Below, piece after piece: positions 9,249 to 18,326 of a stretch of 36,362 nt of DNA (position 1 is the stretch's first letter; each line of letters opens with the position of its first letter). The notes under the pieces are model-generated. The model searched no databases, was not told where the DNA came from, and saw nothing but the letters and a program-made list of their open reading frames with translations. Where the stretch lies: assembly GCA_001804205.1 (NCBI GenBank), contig MHFM01000009.1, forward strand, positions 61,588-97,949. The letters are read 5' to 3'. The translations under genes were made by a program, and so were the position numbers. This DNA is from Omnitrophica bacterium RIFCSPLOWO2_01_FULL_45_10b. Lineage in GTDB: Bacteria; Omnitrophota; Omnitrophia; Omnitrophales; Danuiimicrobiaceae.

Positions 9249-10063
9249 AACGGGCAATCTGTGCGGTTGTCATCCTGTTTTTGATCCTTCACTGTAATCC
9301 GGTGATTGCGGCGCAGCTTGATACGGAACGAGAATTAAAAGAATGGTCGCCTTATTTCGGCGGGGAAGATCGCAAACTTTATTTTGATTCCGCTTACGAA
9401 TACAGCCGAGTCAACATTTCCTCACGAAAAGTTGATTGGCAGCTTTATACAAATCTCATCATGTATCGGATCAAAGGCCAGCTGCCTTATATTGAGTTCA
9501 ACGTCCACAATCGAGATCGCGTCATCGATGAAACTCTCCATGTTGGCTCTTACTTTAAGTTCAGAGATTCATCCCTTCTTCTCGCCGAATTTGGTTTTGG
9601 TTTTGATACGGATTATATTTACAGATTTCAGGCCAAAGCAGAATATGAGCGGCCGCTTATCAAAGCGCTTCATTGGAAATTAGGTAGTCGGTACTTGCAT
9701 TATAAGGCAGCCGAAGTCCTGATTGCATCTCCGGGTATGATTTATTATTACGGCAATCACTATCTGATGGCAGACTATAATGTCTCAATTACGGAAGGAA
9801 GGCGCGATGCGCATTGGGCAACGGCCAAGGTTAATCTTGAACTTCATCAACGAGTGAACGCTTGGTTCGGAGTTGCGGCAGGCGAGCGGCTTTTTGATAT
9901 TCAGACATTACCCGCATCAGAGCAAGAGGGCTTTATTTTCTTTTGGGGCATCAATTTCAGATTATTGGAGAATATGAAGATTTATGGCGGATATTCCTAC
10001 TCTGAAGAACAACCTAACTTCATTAAACGCGGTTTTAATGGGGGGCTCTCGCTTAAATTTTAA
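9245..10063 (+). CDS. Outer-membrane beta-barrel protein, YaiO-like
   Basis: Signal peptide (ILHCNPVIA|AQ), alternating aromatic/Gly beta-strand pattern, and a C-terminal ...GGLSLKF ending in Phe. ATGA overlap with the upstream gene. The family call rests on recollection of YaiO size and C-terminus, not on an alignment. Confidence 0.5.
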   Translation: MKRAICAVVILFLILHCNPVIAAQLDTERELKEWSPYFGGEDRKLYFDSAYEYSRVNISSRKVDWQLYTNLIMYRIKGQLPYIEFNVHNRDRVIDETLHVGSYFKFRDSSLLLAEFGFGFDTDYIYRFQAKAEYERPLIKALHWKLGSRYLHYKAAEVLIASPGMIYYYGNHYLMADYNVSITEGRRDAHWATAKVNLELHQRVNAWFGVAAGERLFDIQTLPASEQEGFIFFWGINFRLLENMKIYGGYSYSEEQPNFIKRGFNGGLSLKF

Positions 10064-11329
10064 ATGAGTCCGTCCTTCCTCAATTTTGTTTATTTCATCG
10101 ACGCGATTCTTTTTGGGCTGATCGCTTTTTTAAGCTTCGGGACAATTGTTTACACATTTCTCCAAGAAGTAACAGTTCGGAAGCATCTTTATGTATTTAC
10201 CAAACTCAAAAGGAATTTTCGCAATCTCGCGCTCAAAAGTCCTAAAGCGATTCAAACCGCGTGTTTTGGTTTGGTGAACCGTTTTTCTGCCCGCGAACTT
10301 TTGGAGGCGATCAGCCATCGCGGAGACGTCATTCCGGAAAATCTAGAACCTTATCTTTCCGATTGTCTACTTGCTTCCGGAAAAATAAATGAAATTGATC
10401 ATCTCGCCAAACAAACTAAAAATAAATGGCAACGAATTGAAGCCATTACCGCACTTGGATATATTCGATCTCCTGCCGCCGTCGAGATTCTTAGCGCATC
10501 GCTTCTCGATCGCGATGACGATATTTCCTATTTTGCCATGCTTGCCCTCAGTCATATTAAGACGCCACAGGCCGCTGCTATTTTGATCGATTTTTTGAGC
10601 CGACATCGGTTCAGCGGCCACAAAATCGTTTCCTTGCTTGAATCTTTCCCTCCGGAAATTGCCAGTGAAATTTTGAAAGCGGCGGAAGGCCCTGATCCGA
10701 TCACGCGGTTTTGGATGATTAAGCTGCTTTCGAAATTTAAACAGACCAATTACTTCAGAGAAATTGTGCGCTTCGCTTCCGACTCATCTGCTGACGTGCG
10801 AGCAGCGGCTTGTGAATGTCTCAGCTCTTTGGGAAAAAAAGAAGCCAGAAGCGTTCTCGTTAAGTGCCTTTACGACGATGTTTGGTTTGTCCGAATGCAG
10901 GCCGTACGCGCGCTTTCTAAGATTGCCGGCCCCGAATCCTTTCCGCAGTTAATCGAACTGATGGTGAAAGATCCCTCTATTTTTGTAAAGGAAAGCGTTA
11001 AGAATGCAATCATGAAGGATATCGATCGCGCGCTCCCGTACCTATCCAAATATCTTGAACATGGCGACGAAGCTACGCGAAGGTATTGCATTGATGCGCT
11101 TGTGGATTCCAATTACGTCGTTAAAGTTTTGAGGGACATCCTTTCTGAAGACCCGAAAACAAAAGTTGCCACCACTCGCTTCCTTGAGCGCATGATTCGT
11201 TCGGGTGTTTACTTCGGTTTGAAGAAAAATTTGGAACCGTTTTCTTTTTCCGCCCGCGCCAATATTTTAAAGGTAATTCAAACGATCGATCCTCATCTTG
11301 CGGAACGCATCCAAAGCGATGAGGCGTAA
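10064..11329 (+). CDS. Membrane-anchored HEAT-repeat protein
   Basis: One N-terminal TM followed by a basic stretch, so the repeat domain is predicted cytoplasmic. Repeated ~30-aa units of the form ..A..ALG.I....A...L...L.D.D..VR..A..AL (PBS-lyase/HEAT-like). Confidence 0.65.
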   Translation: MSPSFLNFVYFIDAILFGLIAFLSFGTIVYTFLQEVTVRKHLYVFTKLKRNFRNLALKSPKAIQTACFGLVNRFSARELLEAISHRGDVIPENLEPYLSDCLLASGKINEIDHLAKQTKNKWQRIEAITALGYIRSPAAVEILSASLLDRDDDISYFAMLALSHIKTPQAAAILIDFLSRHRFSGHKIVSLLESFPPEIASEILKAAEGPDPITRFWMIKLLSKFKQTNYFREIVRFASDSSADVRAAACECLSSLGKKEARSVLVKCLYDDVWFVRMQAVRALSKIAGPESFPQLIELMVKDPSIFVKESVKNAIMKDIDRALPYLSKYLEHGDEATRRYCIDALVDSNYVVKVLRDILSEDPKTKVATTRFLERMIRSGVYFGLKKNLEPFSFSARANILKVIQTIDPHLAERIQSDEA

Positions 11330-11344
11330 CCAAAGAGATAAAAG

Positions 11345-12757
11345 ATGATATCAGGGCATTTTTTCACCGCCGCGTTCTTCATTTTTATTGCCTATTACCT
11401 TTTGGCAACAGCTTATTATTTGATTTTGGGCGGGGTTGGATTTTTTGAAGATCGCAAGAGAGCAAGGCAGCATCGGGAAGAAGATTACACTGCTTTTTCC
11501 GTATCCACTTTTACGATTCCCGTCAGCGTGATCATCCCCGCGCATAATGAAGAAGCCTGGATTCGCGATTCTGTCCAGTCAATCCTTAATTTGAACTATC
11601 CCGAGTTTGAATTGATTGTGGTAGACGATGGTTCGACAGACAAGACGTTAACGATTTTAAAAGAAACGCTGGAGTTGAAATTTGTTTTCAATCCCTACGT
11701 CGATCACTTCCAATCCGGAAAAGTTCTTGGGCTTTTTAAATCGAAATTATATCCGCATGTTACGGTTATCCATAAAGAAAGCGGGCAGAAAAAAGCGGGA
11801 GCTGTGAATGCAGCGCTTAATATCGCCAAATATAAGTTTGTCTGCGTGATGGACGGTGACACAGTTTTAGAGCCGGATATAGTTCTTAAAGTAATGGCCC
11901 ACATTCAAAAGGATCCGGAGCGATTGATTGGCGTTGGAAGTTATTTTGGGCTTGCCAATGAGTTCGGAATCAAAGACGGACGGGTGATCAAGAAGAATTT
12001 TTTGCGCCCGCCAACCGTAGCTTATCAAGATCTGGAATATGTTCGTTCGTTCATTGGTGCCCGGATCGCATGGAGCCGGTGGAATACAATGCCGATCGTA
12101 GCCGGCGGATTTGGATTATGGCGAAGAGATGTCTTTGTTGAATTAGGAGGCTATGATCCTCAGTATAGCAGCGAAGATGTCGAATTTACTTTTCGGGCTC
12201 ATGATTACGTTGCGAAAAATAGCAAGTTAGGTTATCAAATCTTAATGCTTCCTTATTGTGCCGGCTGGACGGAGGGCCCTGGAGATGTCAGTTCCCTCAT
12301 GAAACAGCGTAATCGTTGGCATCGGGTGACGGCCGAGGCAGTATGGGATTATAAATATATGATGTGCAATCCCCGTTACGGACGCTTCGCTTTTGTGACG
12401 TTTCCTTATTTTGTGCTTTATGAAGTCCTCGGCGTTTTTTTTGAATTAGGAAGCATTTTAATGACACTTGTTGGTTATGCTTTTGGGTTTATCGATCAAC
12501 GGTTGTTTTTTGGGATTTTTTTATTCATGGTGTTATGCCAAGCTTTGGCTTCACTGATCCCGCTTTTTGCATTTCAACGCGATCAAAAAATTTTCAACAC
12601 GAAAGAAATTTCCTATTTTGTATGTTTGGGTTGGATCGAATTTTTTTGGTATCGATGGATTATTTCATTTGCCAAACTATTAGGAACATACGATTATTTG
12701 TGCGGCGTTAGAACGTATGATCGCGTTCGGAGATTTAAGGTGAATCACTCAGGATGA
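11345..12757 (+). CDS. Processive family-2 glycosyltransferase (PgaC/cellulose-synthase-like polysaccharide synthase)
   Basis: VVDDGSTD, VMDGDTV, SEDVEF and QRNRWHR (QxxRW) motifs. One N-terminal and about four C-terminal TM helices. Confidence 0.8.
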   Translation: MISGHFFTAAFFIFIAYYLLATAYYLILGGVGFFEDRKRARQHREEDYTAFSVSTFTIPVSVIIPAHNEEAWIRDSVQSILNLNYPEFELIVVDDGSTDKTLTILKETLELKFVFNPYVDHFQSGKVLGLFKSKLYPHVTVIHKESGQKKAGAVNAALNIAKYKFVCVMDGDTVLEPDIVLKVMAHIQKDPERLIGVGSYFGLANEFGIKDGRVIKKNFLRPPTVAYQDLEYVRSFIGARIAWSRWNTMPIVAGGFGLWRRDVFVELGGYDPQYSSEDVEFTFRAHDYVAKNSKLGYQILMLPYCAGWTEGPGDVSSLMKQRNRWHRVTAEAVWDYKYMMCNPRYGRFAFVTFPYFVLYEVLGVFFELGSILMTLVGYAFGFIDQRLFFGIFLFMVLCQALASLIPLFAFQRDQKIFNTKEISYFVCLGWIEFFWYRWIISFAKLLGTYDYLCGVRTYDRVRRFKVNHSG

Positions 12758-12807
12758 AAAACAGCCCGTATTTTTGAAACCTTGAGAAGCGGAATCAAAT
12801 AAAATTC

Positions 12808-12835
12808 TTGCGGATTGGCGTGGATTCGTTACAAT
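12808..12835 (+). promoter_or_regulatory. Sigma70-type promoter candidate for the tRNA (TTGCGG-N16-TACAAT)
   Basis: TTGCGG at 12808-12813, a 16-nt spacer, TACAAT at 12830-12835. It lies 28 nt upstream of tRNA 12864. Confidence 0.5.
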
Positions 12836-12863
12836 TTTATGCCTTTAGGAGATTTTCCTTCAT

Positions 12864-12936
12864 GGCGGCGTAGCTCAGTTGGTAGAGCAAGGGACTCATA
12901 AGCCCTGGGTCAGAGGTTCGATTCCTCTCGCCGCCA
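12864..12936 (+). tRNA. tRNA with CAU anticodon (elongator Met or lysidine-dependent Ile2); CCA not encoded
   Basis: Acceptor GGCGGCG/CGCCGCC, D arm GCTC/GAGC, anticodon loop CTCATAA (A31:G39 mismatch at the bottom of the stem), T arm AGAGG-TTCGATT-CCTCT. Confidence 0.88.
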
Positions 12937-13066
12937 TTTTTAATTCCTTTGGAATGAAAAAGACTGCGGAGGAATCGAAGTGAGCCCCGTAGATGCGACT
13001 TATTAAGGAGCATCTTGCTACGGGGCGAGTGGCCGACCTGGAGTGAGCGCAGCGAACGTAAGGCGC

Positions 13067-13097
13067 CGATTCCTCTCGCCGCCACCATTTTTATTCC
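13067..13097 (+). repeat. Duplicate of the tRNA 3' end plus flank (displaced 3' fragment, here with CCA)
   Basis: CGATTCCTCTCGCCGCCA (13067-13084) equals 12919-12936. It is followed by CCA and TTTTTATTCC, compared with TTTTTAATTCC after the intact tRNA. The intervening ~120-130 nt carry GAGCCCCGTAG...CTACGGGGC hairpins and an inverted copy (GCGGAGGAATCG) of the T-arm segment. Confidence 0.8.
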
Positions 13098-13115
13098 TGT
13101 GATATAATCAAGCCT

Positions 13116-14525
13116 GTGATCCAAGAACAATTCTTAAAAACCATTCATAAATTTCGTATGCTGGAAAAAGGCGATACCGTTTTTATCGCTGCCTCAGGCG
13201 GTTGCGATTCTACAACACTCCTTCACTTGCTCACCGAAATTGCGCCGGCTTGGAAATTGAAACTTGGAATTCTCCACGTGAATCACAAATTAAGGGGCAA
13301 AGCTTCCAATCAAGATGAGGCATTCGTTAGAAATCTCGCCCGGCGCTTTAAAATTCCCGTCTTTGTAGCGCGCCTTCCTGTGGAGAAAAAAATGAAGGAA
13401 GAAAAAATTTCACTTGAAGAAGCAGCCCGCGAGGAACGCTACCATTTTTTTGAAAAGACAGCAGAGGCTAAGGGTGCCCGCAAAATTTTTTTAGCCCATA
13501 CACAGGATGATCAGGCTGAAACGGTTTTGATGCGGATTATTAACGGGACGGGGCTTCAGGGGCTTCAGGCGATTCGGCCTAAACGGAAGCTCAACAATGT
13601 TTATATCATGCGCCCCTTCATTGAAATTTCAAGGAATGAAATCAGGCGCTTTGCTCAAGTGAATTCAATCCGTTTTAGGGAAGATAAAAGCAACTGGTCG
13701 CTTCAATTTCTGAGGAACCGGATTCGCCTTAAACTTTTGCCTTTCCTCGAGCATTCATTTAATCCACAGGTCAAAAAGGCTTTGGCCCGCCTCCCTCATC
13801 TTTTAGATGTTGACCTCGCATTCTTGGAAGAAACAGCGGACATTTTTTATAAACGACTGGCCAAACAGAGAAACGAAGACGAAGTTGCTTTTCCAAAGCG
13901 ATCATTTCTTCAGCTTCGGCCTTCCATTCAATATCGTTTGATCGGCCGTGCGCTTCGAACTTTGGCGGAGGCGGAGTTAGATTTTGAGCATTGGAATACT
14001 TTTTTGGAGCGCTTGACAATGGAACGCCACTTTCAACTTCAATTGCCAAAAGGGATTCTTGCGGCTGTTTCTTCGGAAGTAGTTTGCCTGAAGCGGTCCA
14101 GAAAACATCGCATTTCTTTTTCTTATCCGCTTTTTTTGGGGAAGCCGCTTTATATCCCTGAAATTGACGCAACACTTTTCTGTGAATTGCTTTCGAAAAA
14201 GCCCCGGGTCCTGCGAAAAACAGATCGACGTTTTGATATCTTTGACGGCACAAAGCTTTCGTTTCCTCTTTTGGTCCGGAATCGTAAAGCGGGCGATCGA
14301 TTTCAGCCACTCGGTCAATCCAAGCCCGTCAAACTCAAGGGATTTTTGATCAGTAGGCATATTCCTTTTGACGACCGCGATTGCTTACCCCTTGTCGTTT
14401 CAGGAGATAGACTCGCGTGGGTCGGCGGTATTGGTATGGGTGAGATATTTAAGGTAACCAACCGCACAAAGCAGTTCATCCGTATTTTACTGAGGGGTCG
14501 GGATATTTCCCGACCCCTCATATAA
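13116..14525 (+). CDS. tilS: tRNA(Ile)-lysidine synthase
   Basis: PP-loop [14 protein letters not shown] and [10 protein letters not shown] motifs, plus the C-terminal TilS substrate-binding region. GTG start. The last ~10 codons are encoded by the hairpin at 14491-14520. Confidence 0.9.
   Translation: MIQEQFLKTIHKFRMLEKGDTVFIAASGGCDSTTLLHLLTEIAPAWKLKLGILHVNHKLRGKASNQDEAFVRNLARRFKIPVFVARLPVEKKMKEEKISLEEAAREERYHFFEKTAEAKGARKIFLAHTQDDQAETVLMRIINGTGLQGLQAIRPKRKLNNVYIMRPFIEISRNEIRRFAQVNSIRFREDKSNWSLQFLRNRIRLKLLPFLEHSFNPQVKKALARLPHLLDVDLAFLEETADIFYKRLAKQRNEDEVAFPKRSFLQLRPSIQYRLIGRALRTLAEAELDFEHWNTFLERLTMERHFQLQLPKGILAAVSSEVVCLKRSRKHRISFSYPLFLGKPLYIPEIDATLFCELLSKKPRVLRKTDRRFDIFDGTKLSFPLLVRNRKAGDRFQPLGQSKPVKLKGFLISRHIPFDDRDCLPLVVSGDRLAWVGGIGMGEIFKVTNRTKQFIRILLRGRDISRPLI
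14491..14520. repeat. GAGGGGTCGGG hairpin element, copy 1
   Basis: Perfect 12-bp stem TGAGGGGTCGGG / CCCGACCCCTCA with a 6-nt loop. A near-identical 13-bp copy is at 19461-19492. Confidence 0.7.
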
Positions 14526-14592
14526 GTCCAAGCCTCCCAAAAGGTTACAAATTGCTTGCCCCTATTTCCCTTTACTGTTAAAATGCGAGCTT

Positions 14593-16557
14593 ATGGAAAA
14601 TCAGGATTCAGGGCCAAATAAGGCCAATTTTAAAGAGAGTTCTCCCACAAAGAAATCTCCGCTCAAGAAACCCGCGCTTTCTAAAAAAGGACCTGATTCC
14701 GAACGCCGCCGCCTGATTGCTTTTCTTGTCATTCCTCTTATTTTCTTTGTCCTGCTTCAAATTTTTGTACTTCCCAAGATGGAGATGAAACAGCTTTCGT
14801 ACAGCGTTTTTTACGAAATGCTGATTAACAATCCTTCAACAGGTGAAATCGAGTCGGCAGAATTGGTTGAAACAACCGTTCGCGGCAAGTTAAAGGACGG
14901 GTCGTATTTTCAGGTCAATACACCAGTGAATGATTTGGAGTTGATTCCTCTTTTGCGCCGAAATGTCAAAAGTTTCAATGTCAACCCCCCGCAGGTATTT
15001 TGGCGCAATTTAATTTATTCCGTTCTCCCCGTTTTACTTTTAATTGGTTTTTTTTGGTTTTTTGTTTACCGGGGCGTCCAGCAAGGCGGTGGGAAAATTT
15101 TTTCATTCGGCAAGTCGCGCGCCAAATTATCCGGTGACCGGGAACGTGTTACGTTTAAAGACGTGGCTGGAGTGGATGAAGCCAAAGAAGAGCTTCAGGA
15201 AATCATCGAATTTTTAAAGGATCCAGGAAAATTTCAAAAACTTGGCGGAAAAATTCCAAAAGGCGTGTTGCTTTTAGGGCCTCCCGGAACAGGCAAAACA
15301 CTTTTGGCAAAAGCGGTGGCCGGAGAGGCGGATGTGCCGTTTTATTCGATCAGCGGATCCGATTTTGTGGAAATGTTTGTGGGCGTGGGCGCTGCGCGCG
15401 TGCGCGATCTTTTTGAGCAAGGTAAGCACGCTCCAAAAACAAGCGGGCGCGGAGCCATTATCTTTATCGATGAAATTGATGCGGTAGGCCGCCAACGTTT
15501 TGCCGGCATCGGCGGCGGCCATGATGAGCGTGAGCAGACTTTGAACGCACTTTTAGTGGAAATGGATGGCTTTGATAGCCATGCCGGAATTATTTTGATC
15601 GGTGCCACGAATCGGCCCGACGTTTTAGACCCCGCGCTTCTTCGGCCCGGGCGATTCGACCGGCAAATTGTTGTGGATCGGCCGGATATGAAGGGCCGCG
15701 AAGCCATTTTAAAAATTCATACCCGGAATGTGAAACTAGCAAAAGATGCCGATTTGTTAAAACTTGCGCGTTCTACGCCGGGTTTTTCGGGAGCCGATCT
15801 TGCAAATTTGGTGAATGAAGCCGCTTTGCTTTCCGCCCGTTATAATAAAAATGATGTGGCGCAAGCCGAACTTGAAAGCTCGATTGAACGGGTAATGGCC
15901 GGACCTGAGCGTAAGTCCCGCGTGATTTCAAAAGATGAAAAGGAAATTGTATCGGTTCATGAATCAGGCCATGCGATTCTTACCTTACTTCTTATGGGTT
16001 CCACCGATCAATTGCATAAGGTTTCAATTATTCCGCGCGGCCATGCAGCGCTTGGCTACACGCTTCATCTCCCCCTTGAGGATCGCTATCTGGTTCGAGA
16101 AAAGGAATTGATGGATAAAATTACCGTGCTTTTGGGAGGCCGGGTGGCGGAAGAGTTGGTTTTTAAGCAGATTACAACAGGGGCACACAATGATCTTGAA
16201 GTGGCCACCGGTTTCGCGCAGCGAATGGTTTGTGAATATGGAATGAGCAAGCGGCTTGGGCATTTGACATTCGGAAAGCAAGACCGCGAAGTTTTTCTGG
16301 GCCGAGACCTGATGCGTGAAAAAGATTATTCCGAAAGCACCGCGATTGTCATTGATGAAGAAGTCCGCCGGATTGTAGATGAATGTTATCAACGGGCCAA
16401 AAAGGTTCTGCAAGAGAATTTGGATAAGCTCAAAAAACTTTCAGACCGGCTTTTAGAAAAAGAAGTGCTGGATAGCGAAGAGGTTAAACAAATCATTGGG
16501 CTCAATCACGTCTCGAAAGTAGAACAGGCAAATTCACCCGGCCCGGCAAATCAGTAG
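14593..16557 (+). CDS. ftsH: ATP-dependent zinc metalloprotease FtsH
   Basis: Two N-terminal TMs, Walker A GPPGTGKT, Walker [12 protein letters not shown] region, and the HESGHA zinc motif. Confidence 0.95.
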   Translation: MENQDSGPNKANFKESSPTKKSPLKKPALSKKGPDSERRRLIAFLVIPLIFFVLLQIFVLPKMEMKQLSYSVFYEMLINNPSTGEIESAELVETTVRGKLKDGSYFQVNTPVNDLELIPLLRRNVKSFNVNPPQVFWRNLIYSVLPVLLLIGFFWFFVYRGVQQGGGKIFSFGKSRAKLSGDRERVTFKDVAGVDEAKEELQEIIEFLKDPGKFQKLGGKIPKGVLLLGPPGTGKTLLAKAVAGEADVPFYSISGSDFVEMFVGVGAARVRDLFEQGKHAPKTSGRGAIIFIDEIDAVGRQRFAGIGGGHDEREQTLNALLVEMDGFDSHAGIILIGATNRPDVLDPALLRPGRFDRQIVVDRPDMKGREAILKIHTRNVKLAKDADLLKLARSTPGFSGADLANLVNEAALLSARYNKNDVAQAELESSIERVMAGPERKSRVISKDEKEIVSVHESGHAILTLLLMGSTDQLHKVSIIPRGHAALGYTLHLPLEDRYLVREKELMDKITVLLGGRVAEELVFKQITTGAHNDLEVATGFAQRMVCEYGMSKRLGHLTFGKQDREVFLGRDLMREKDYSESTAIVIDEEVRRIVDECYQRAKKVLQENLDKLKKLSDRLLEKEVLDSEEVKQIIGLNHVSKVEQANSPGPANQ

Positions 16558-16559
16558 CG

Positions 16560-17471
16560 TTGGCGCAAACAGGCCAATGGCCTGCCCGTCCTTTCTTTGA
16601 TGAATTGGGCGCTGATATCTCTATGATCTGGAAAATAAGAGCCGCCGCTCTCACCTTAGAACGTCCGCTGATGATGGGGGTTTTGAATTTAACCCCAGAT
16701 TCTTTTTATGATGGCGGCCGTTTTTTAAATCCCGCCCAAGCTGTCGAACAAGCTTTTCGTTTAATTCAAGAAGGCGCGGATATTTTGGATGTAGGGGCCG
16801 AATCAACAAAGCCGGCCGCAAAACCTGTTTCCGCAGAGGAAGAATGGCACCGCCTGGCGCCGGTATTGGAAGCGCTCAAAGGGCAGGTGCAGGTTCCTAT
16901 TTCTGTTGATACAACCAAGGCTCAAGTTGCAAAACGCGCTCTTGAGTCCGGTGCGCAAATCATTAATGATGTCAGCGGCCTTCGCAATGACCCCAAATTG
17001 GCAGAAGTGGTTAGGGAATTTGATGCCGGGCTTGTATTAATGCATCGCCGGGGAACGCCTGAAACCATGCAGCTCATGGCCGATTATCGGGATGTGGTGG
17101 AAGAAGTTTCCCGCGAGCTTTCGGAAAGTATGGCGATTGCCGAAGCAAGTGGTGTTTCTTCGGACAAAATCGTTTTGGACCCTGGAATCGGATTTTCTAA
17201 GACTGCTGATCAAAGTTTAGAGCTGATTGAACGTTTGGCGGAATTCAAACGGCTGGGCCGGCCCCTATTAATCGGACCATCGCGAAAATCATTTATTGGA
17301 CAAGTAACAAAGATGGCGCCTGACAGGCGGCTTTTTGGGACGACCGCCGCTTGCGTTTTAGCGTTTGAACGCGGCGCGAATATTTTTCGCGTTCACGATG
17401 TTTGGGCCGTCAAGGAAGCCATTTTAGTCGCAGGAGCCATTTTAAATTCTGGAAAGAAAATTTCCTTATGA
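16560..17471 (+). CDS. folP: Dihydropteroate synthase
   Basis: MGVLNLTPDSFYDGG, DVGAESTKP and GPSRKSFIG motifs. Start is TTG 16560 or in-frame ATG 16623. Confidence 0.9.
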   Translation: MAQTGQWPARPFFDELGADISMIWKIRAAALTLERPLMMGVLNLTPDSFYDGGRFLNPAQAVEQAFRLIQEGADILDVGAESTKPAAKPVSAEEEWHRLAPVLEALKGQVQVPISVDTTKAQVAKRALESGAQIINDVSGLRNDPKLAEVVREFDAGLVLMHRRGTPETMQLMADYRDVVEEVSRELSESMAIAEASGVSSDKIVLDPGIGFSKTADQSLELIERLAEFKRLGRPLLIGPSRKSFIGQVTKMAPDRRLFGTTAACVLAFERGANIFRVHDVWAVKEAILVAGAILNSGKKISL

Positions 17472-17577
17472 TCCCGTTAGAACTCTAAACGTAACGGAGT
17501 TATTTCAAATGCAAGCAGTTGAAACCGTGCAACAACCGTTATCATTAAAACCATCATTATTTGGAGTTCTAACGGGA
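17472..17577. mobile_element. MITE, copy 1 (106 bp, 14-bp TIR TCCCGTTAGAACTC) inserted at the folP|yebC junction
   Basis: TCCCGTTAGAACTC (17472-17485) and GAGTTCTAACGGGA (17564-17577) are perfect inverted repeats. About 93% identical to 21829-21934. Flanked by TGA/ATGA on both sides. Confidence 0.8.
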
Positions 17578-18323
17578 TGAGCGGACATTCGAAGTGGGCC
17601 AGTATCAAGCATAAAAAAGCGCTGGTTGATGCCAAGCGCGGTAAGATGTTTACCAAATTGATCCGGGAAATTACCGTGGCGGCGAAAACCGGAGGCGGTG
17701 ACCCCAATACGAACCCGAGGCTTCGTCTTGCGATTAGTACAGCTAAAAGCGGAAATATGCCAGCCGATAATATTGAACGGGCGGTTAAAAAGGGCACAGG
17801 CGCTTTGGAAGGCATTTCGTATGAAGAAGTAGTGTATGAAGGATATGGCCCCGAGGGCGTTGCTGTTTATGTTCAGTGCTTGAGCGATAATAAAAACCGG
17901 ACTGCTTCTGAAATTAGGAATATTTTTTCAAAAAAGTCAGGCAACATGGCCGGAGCCGGTTCCGTATCGTGGCTCTTCGAGCATAAGGGTTTCATTGTCG
18001 TTCATCAAAGCAAAGCAACGGAAGATCAATTGATGGAATTGGTGTTAAATGCAGGCGCCGAAGATTTATCGAAGGTGGGGGATAAATTTGAAATTCTGAC
18101 CAGCCCTCACGATTTTGAAGCAGTAAAAAAAGCGTTGGAAGGAGCTCCTATTCCTTATGAATCTGCAGATCTTCAGATGATTCCAAAAACTTTGGTGTCT
18201 GTTAGCGCTGCCCATGCGCGGCAGGTTTTGGCTTTGATTGAAGCATTGGAAGATCAAGATGATGTACAGCACGTTTATGCCAATTGTGACATTCCGGACG
18301 AAGTGATGAAAGAGGTAGCGTAA
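17577..18323 (+). CDS. yebC: YebC/PmpR-family transcriptional regulator
   Basis: Hallmark N-terminus MSGHSKWASIKHKKA..DAKRGK. 248 aa, upstream of ruvCAB. Confidence 0.9.
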   Translation: MSGHSKWASIKHKKALVDAKRGKMFTKLIREITVAAKTGGGDPNTNPRLRLAISTAKSGNMPADNIERAVKKGTGALEGISYEEVVYEGYGPEGVAVYVQCLSDNKNRTASEIRNIFSKKSGNMAGAGSVSWLFEHKGFIVVHQSKATEDQLMELVLNAGAEDLSKVGDKFEILTSPHDFEAVKKALEGAPIPYESADLQMIPKTLVSVSAAHARQVLALIEALEDQDDVQHVYANCDIPDEVMKEVA

Positions 18324-18326
18324 ACC

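Noticed and set aside
13101-13108. Extended -10-like TGATATAAT just upstream of tilS.
   Set aside because: It ends only 7 nt before the GTG start. That would imply a leaderless GTG-initiated mRNA, which is unlikely, and there is no -35 element. Not reported as a promoter.
12837-13130. 97-aa minus-strand ORF.
   Set aside because: It is antisense to tRNA-CAU, its duplicated 3' end and the hairpin spacer, and is not a gene.
13771-14310. 179-aa (and overlapping 127-aa) minus-strand ORFs inside tilS. Similar cases are 23160-23684 inside pdxJ, 5110-5511 inside eno, 16024-16413 and 15342-15707 inside ftsH, and 21126-21545 inside cdaA.
   Set aside because: Each is fully embedded antisense in a well-supported, motif-bearing plus-strand gene. 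They have no recognisable motifs and are shadow ORFs.
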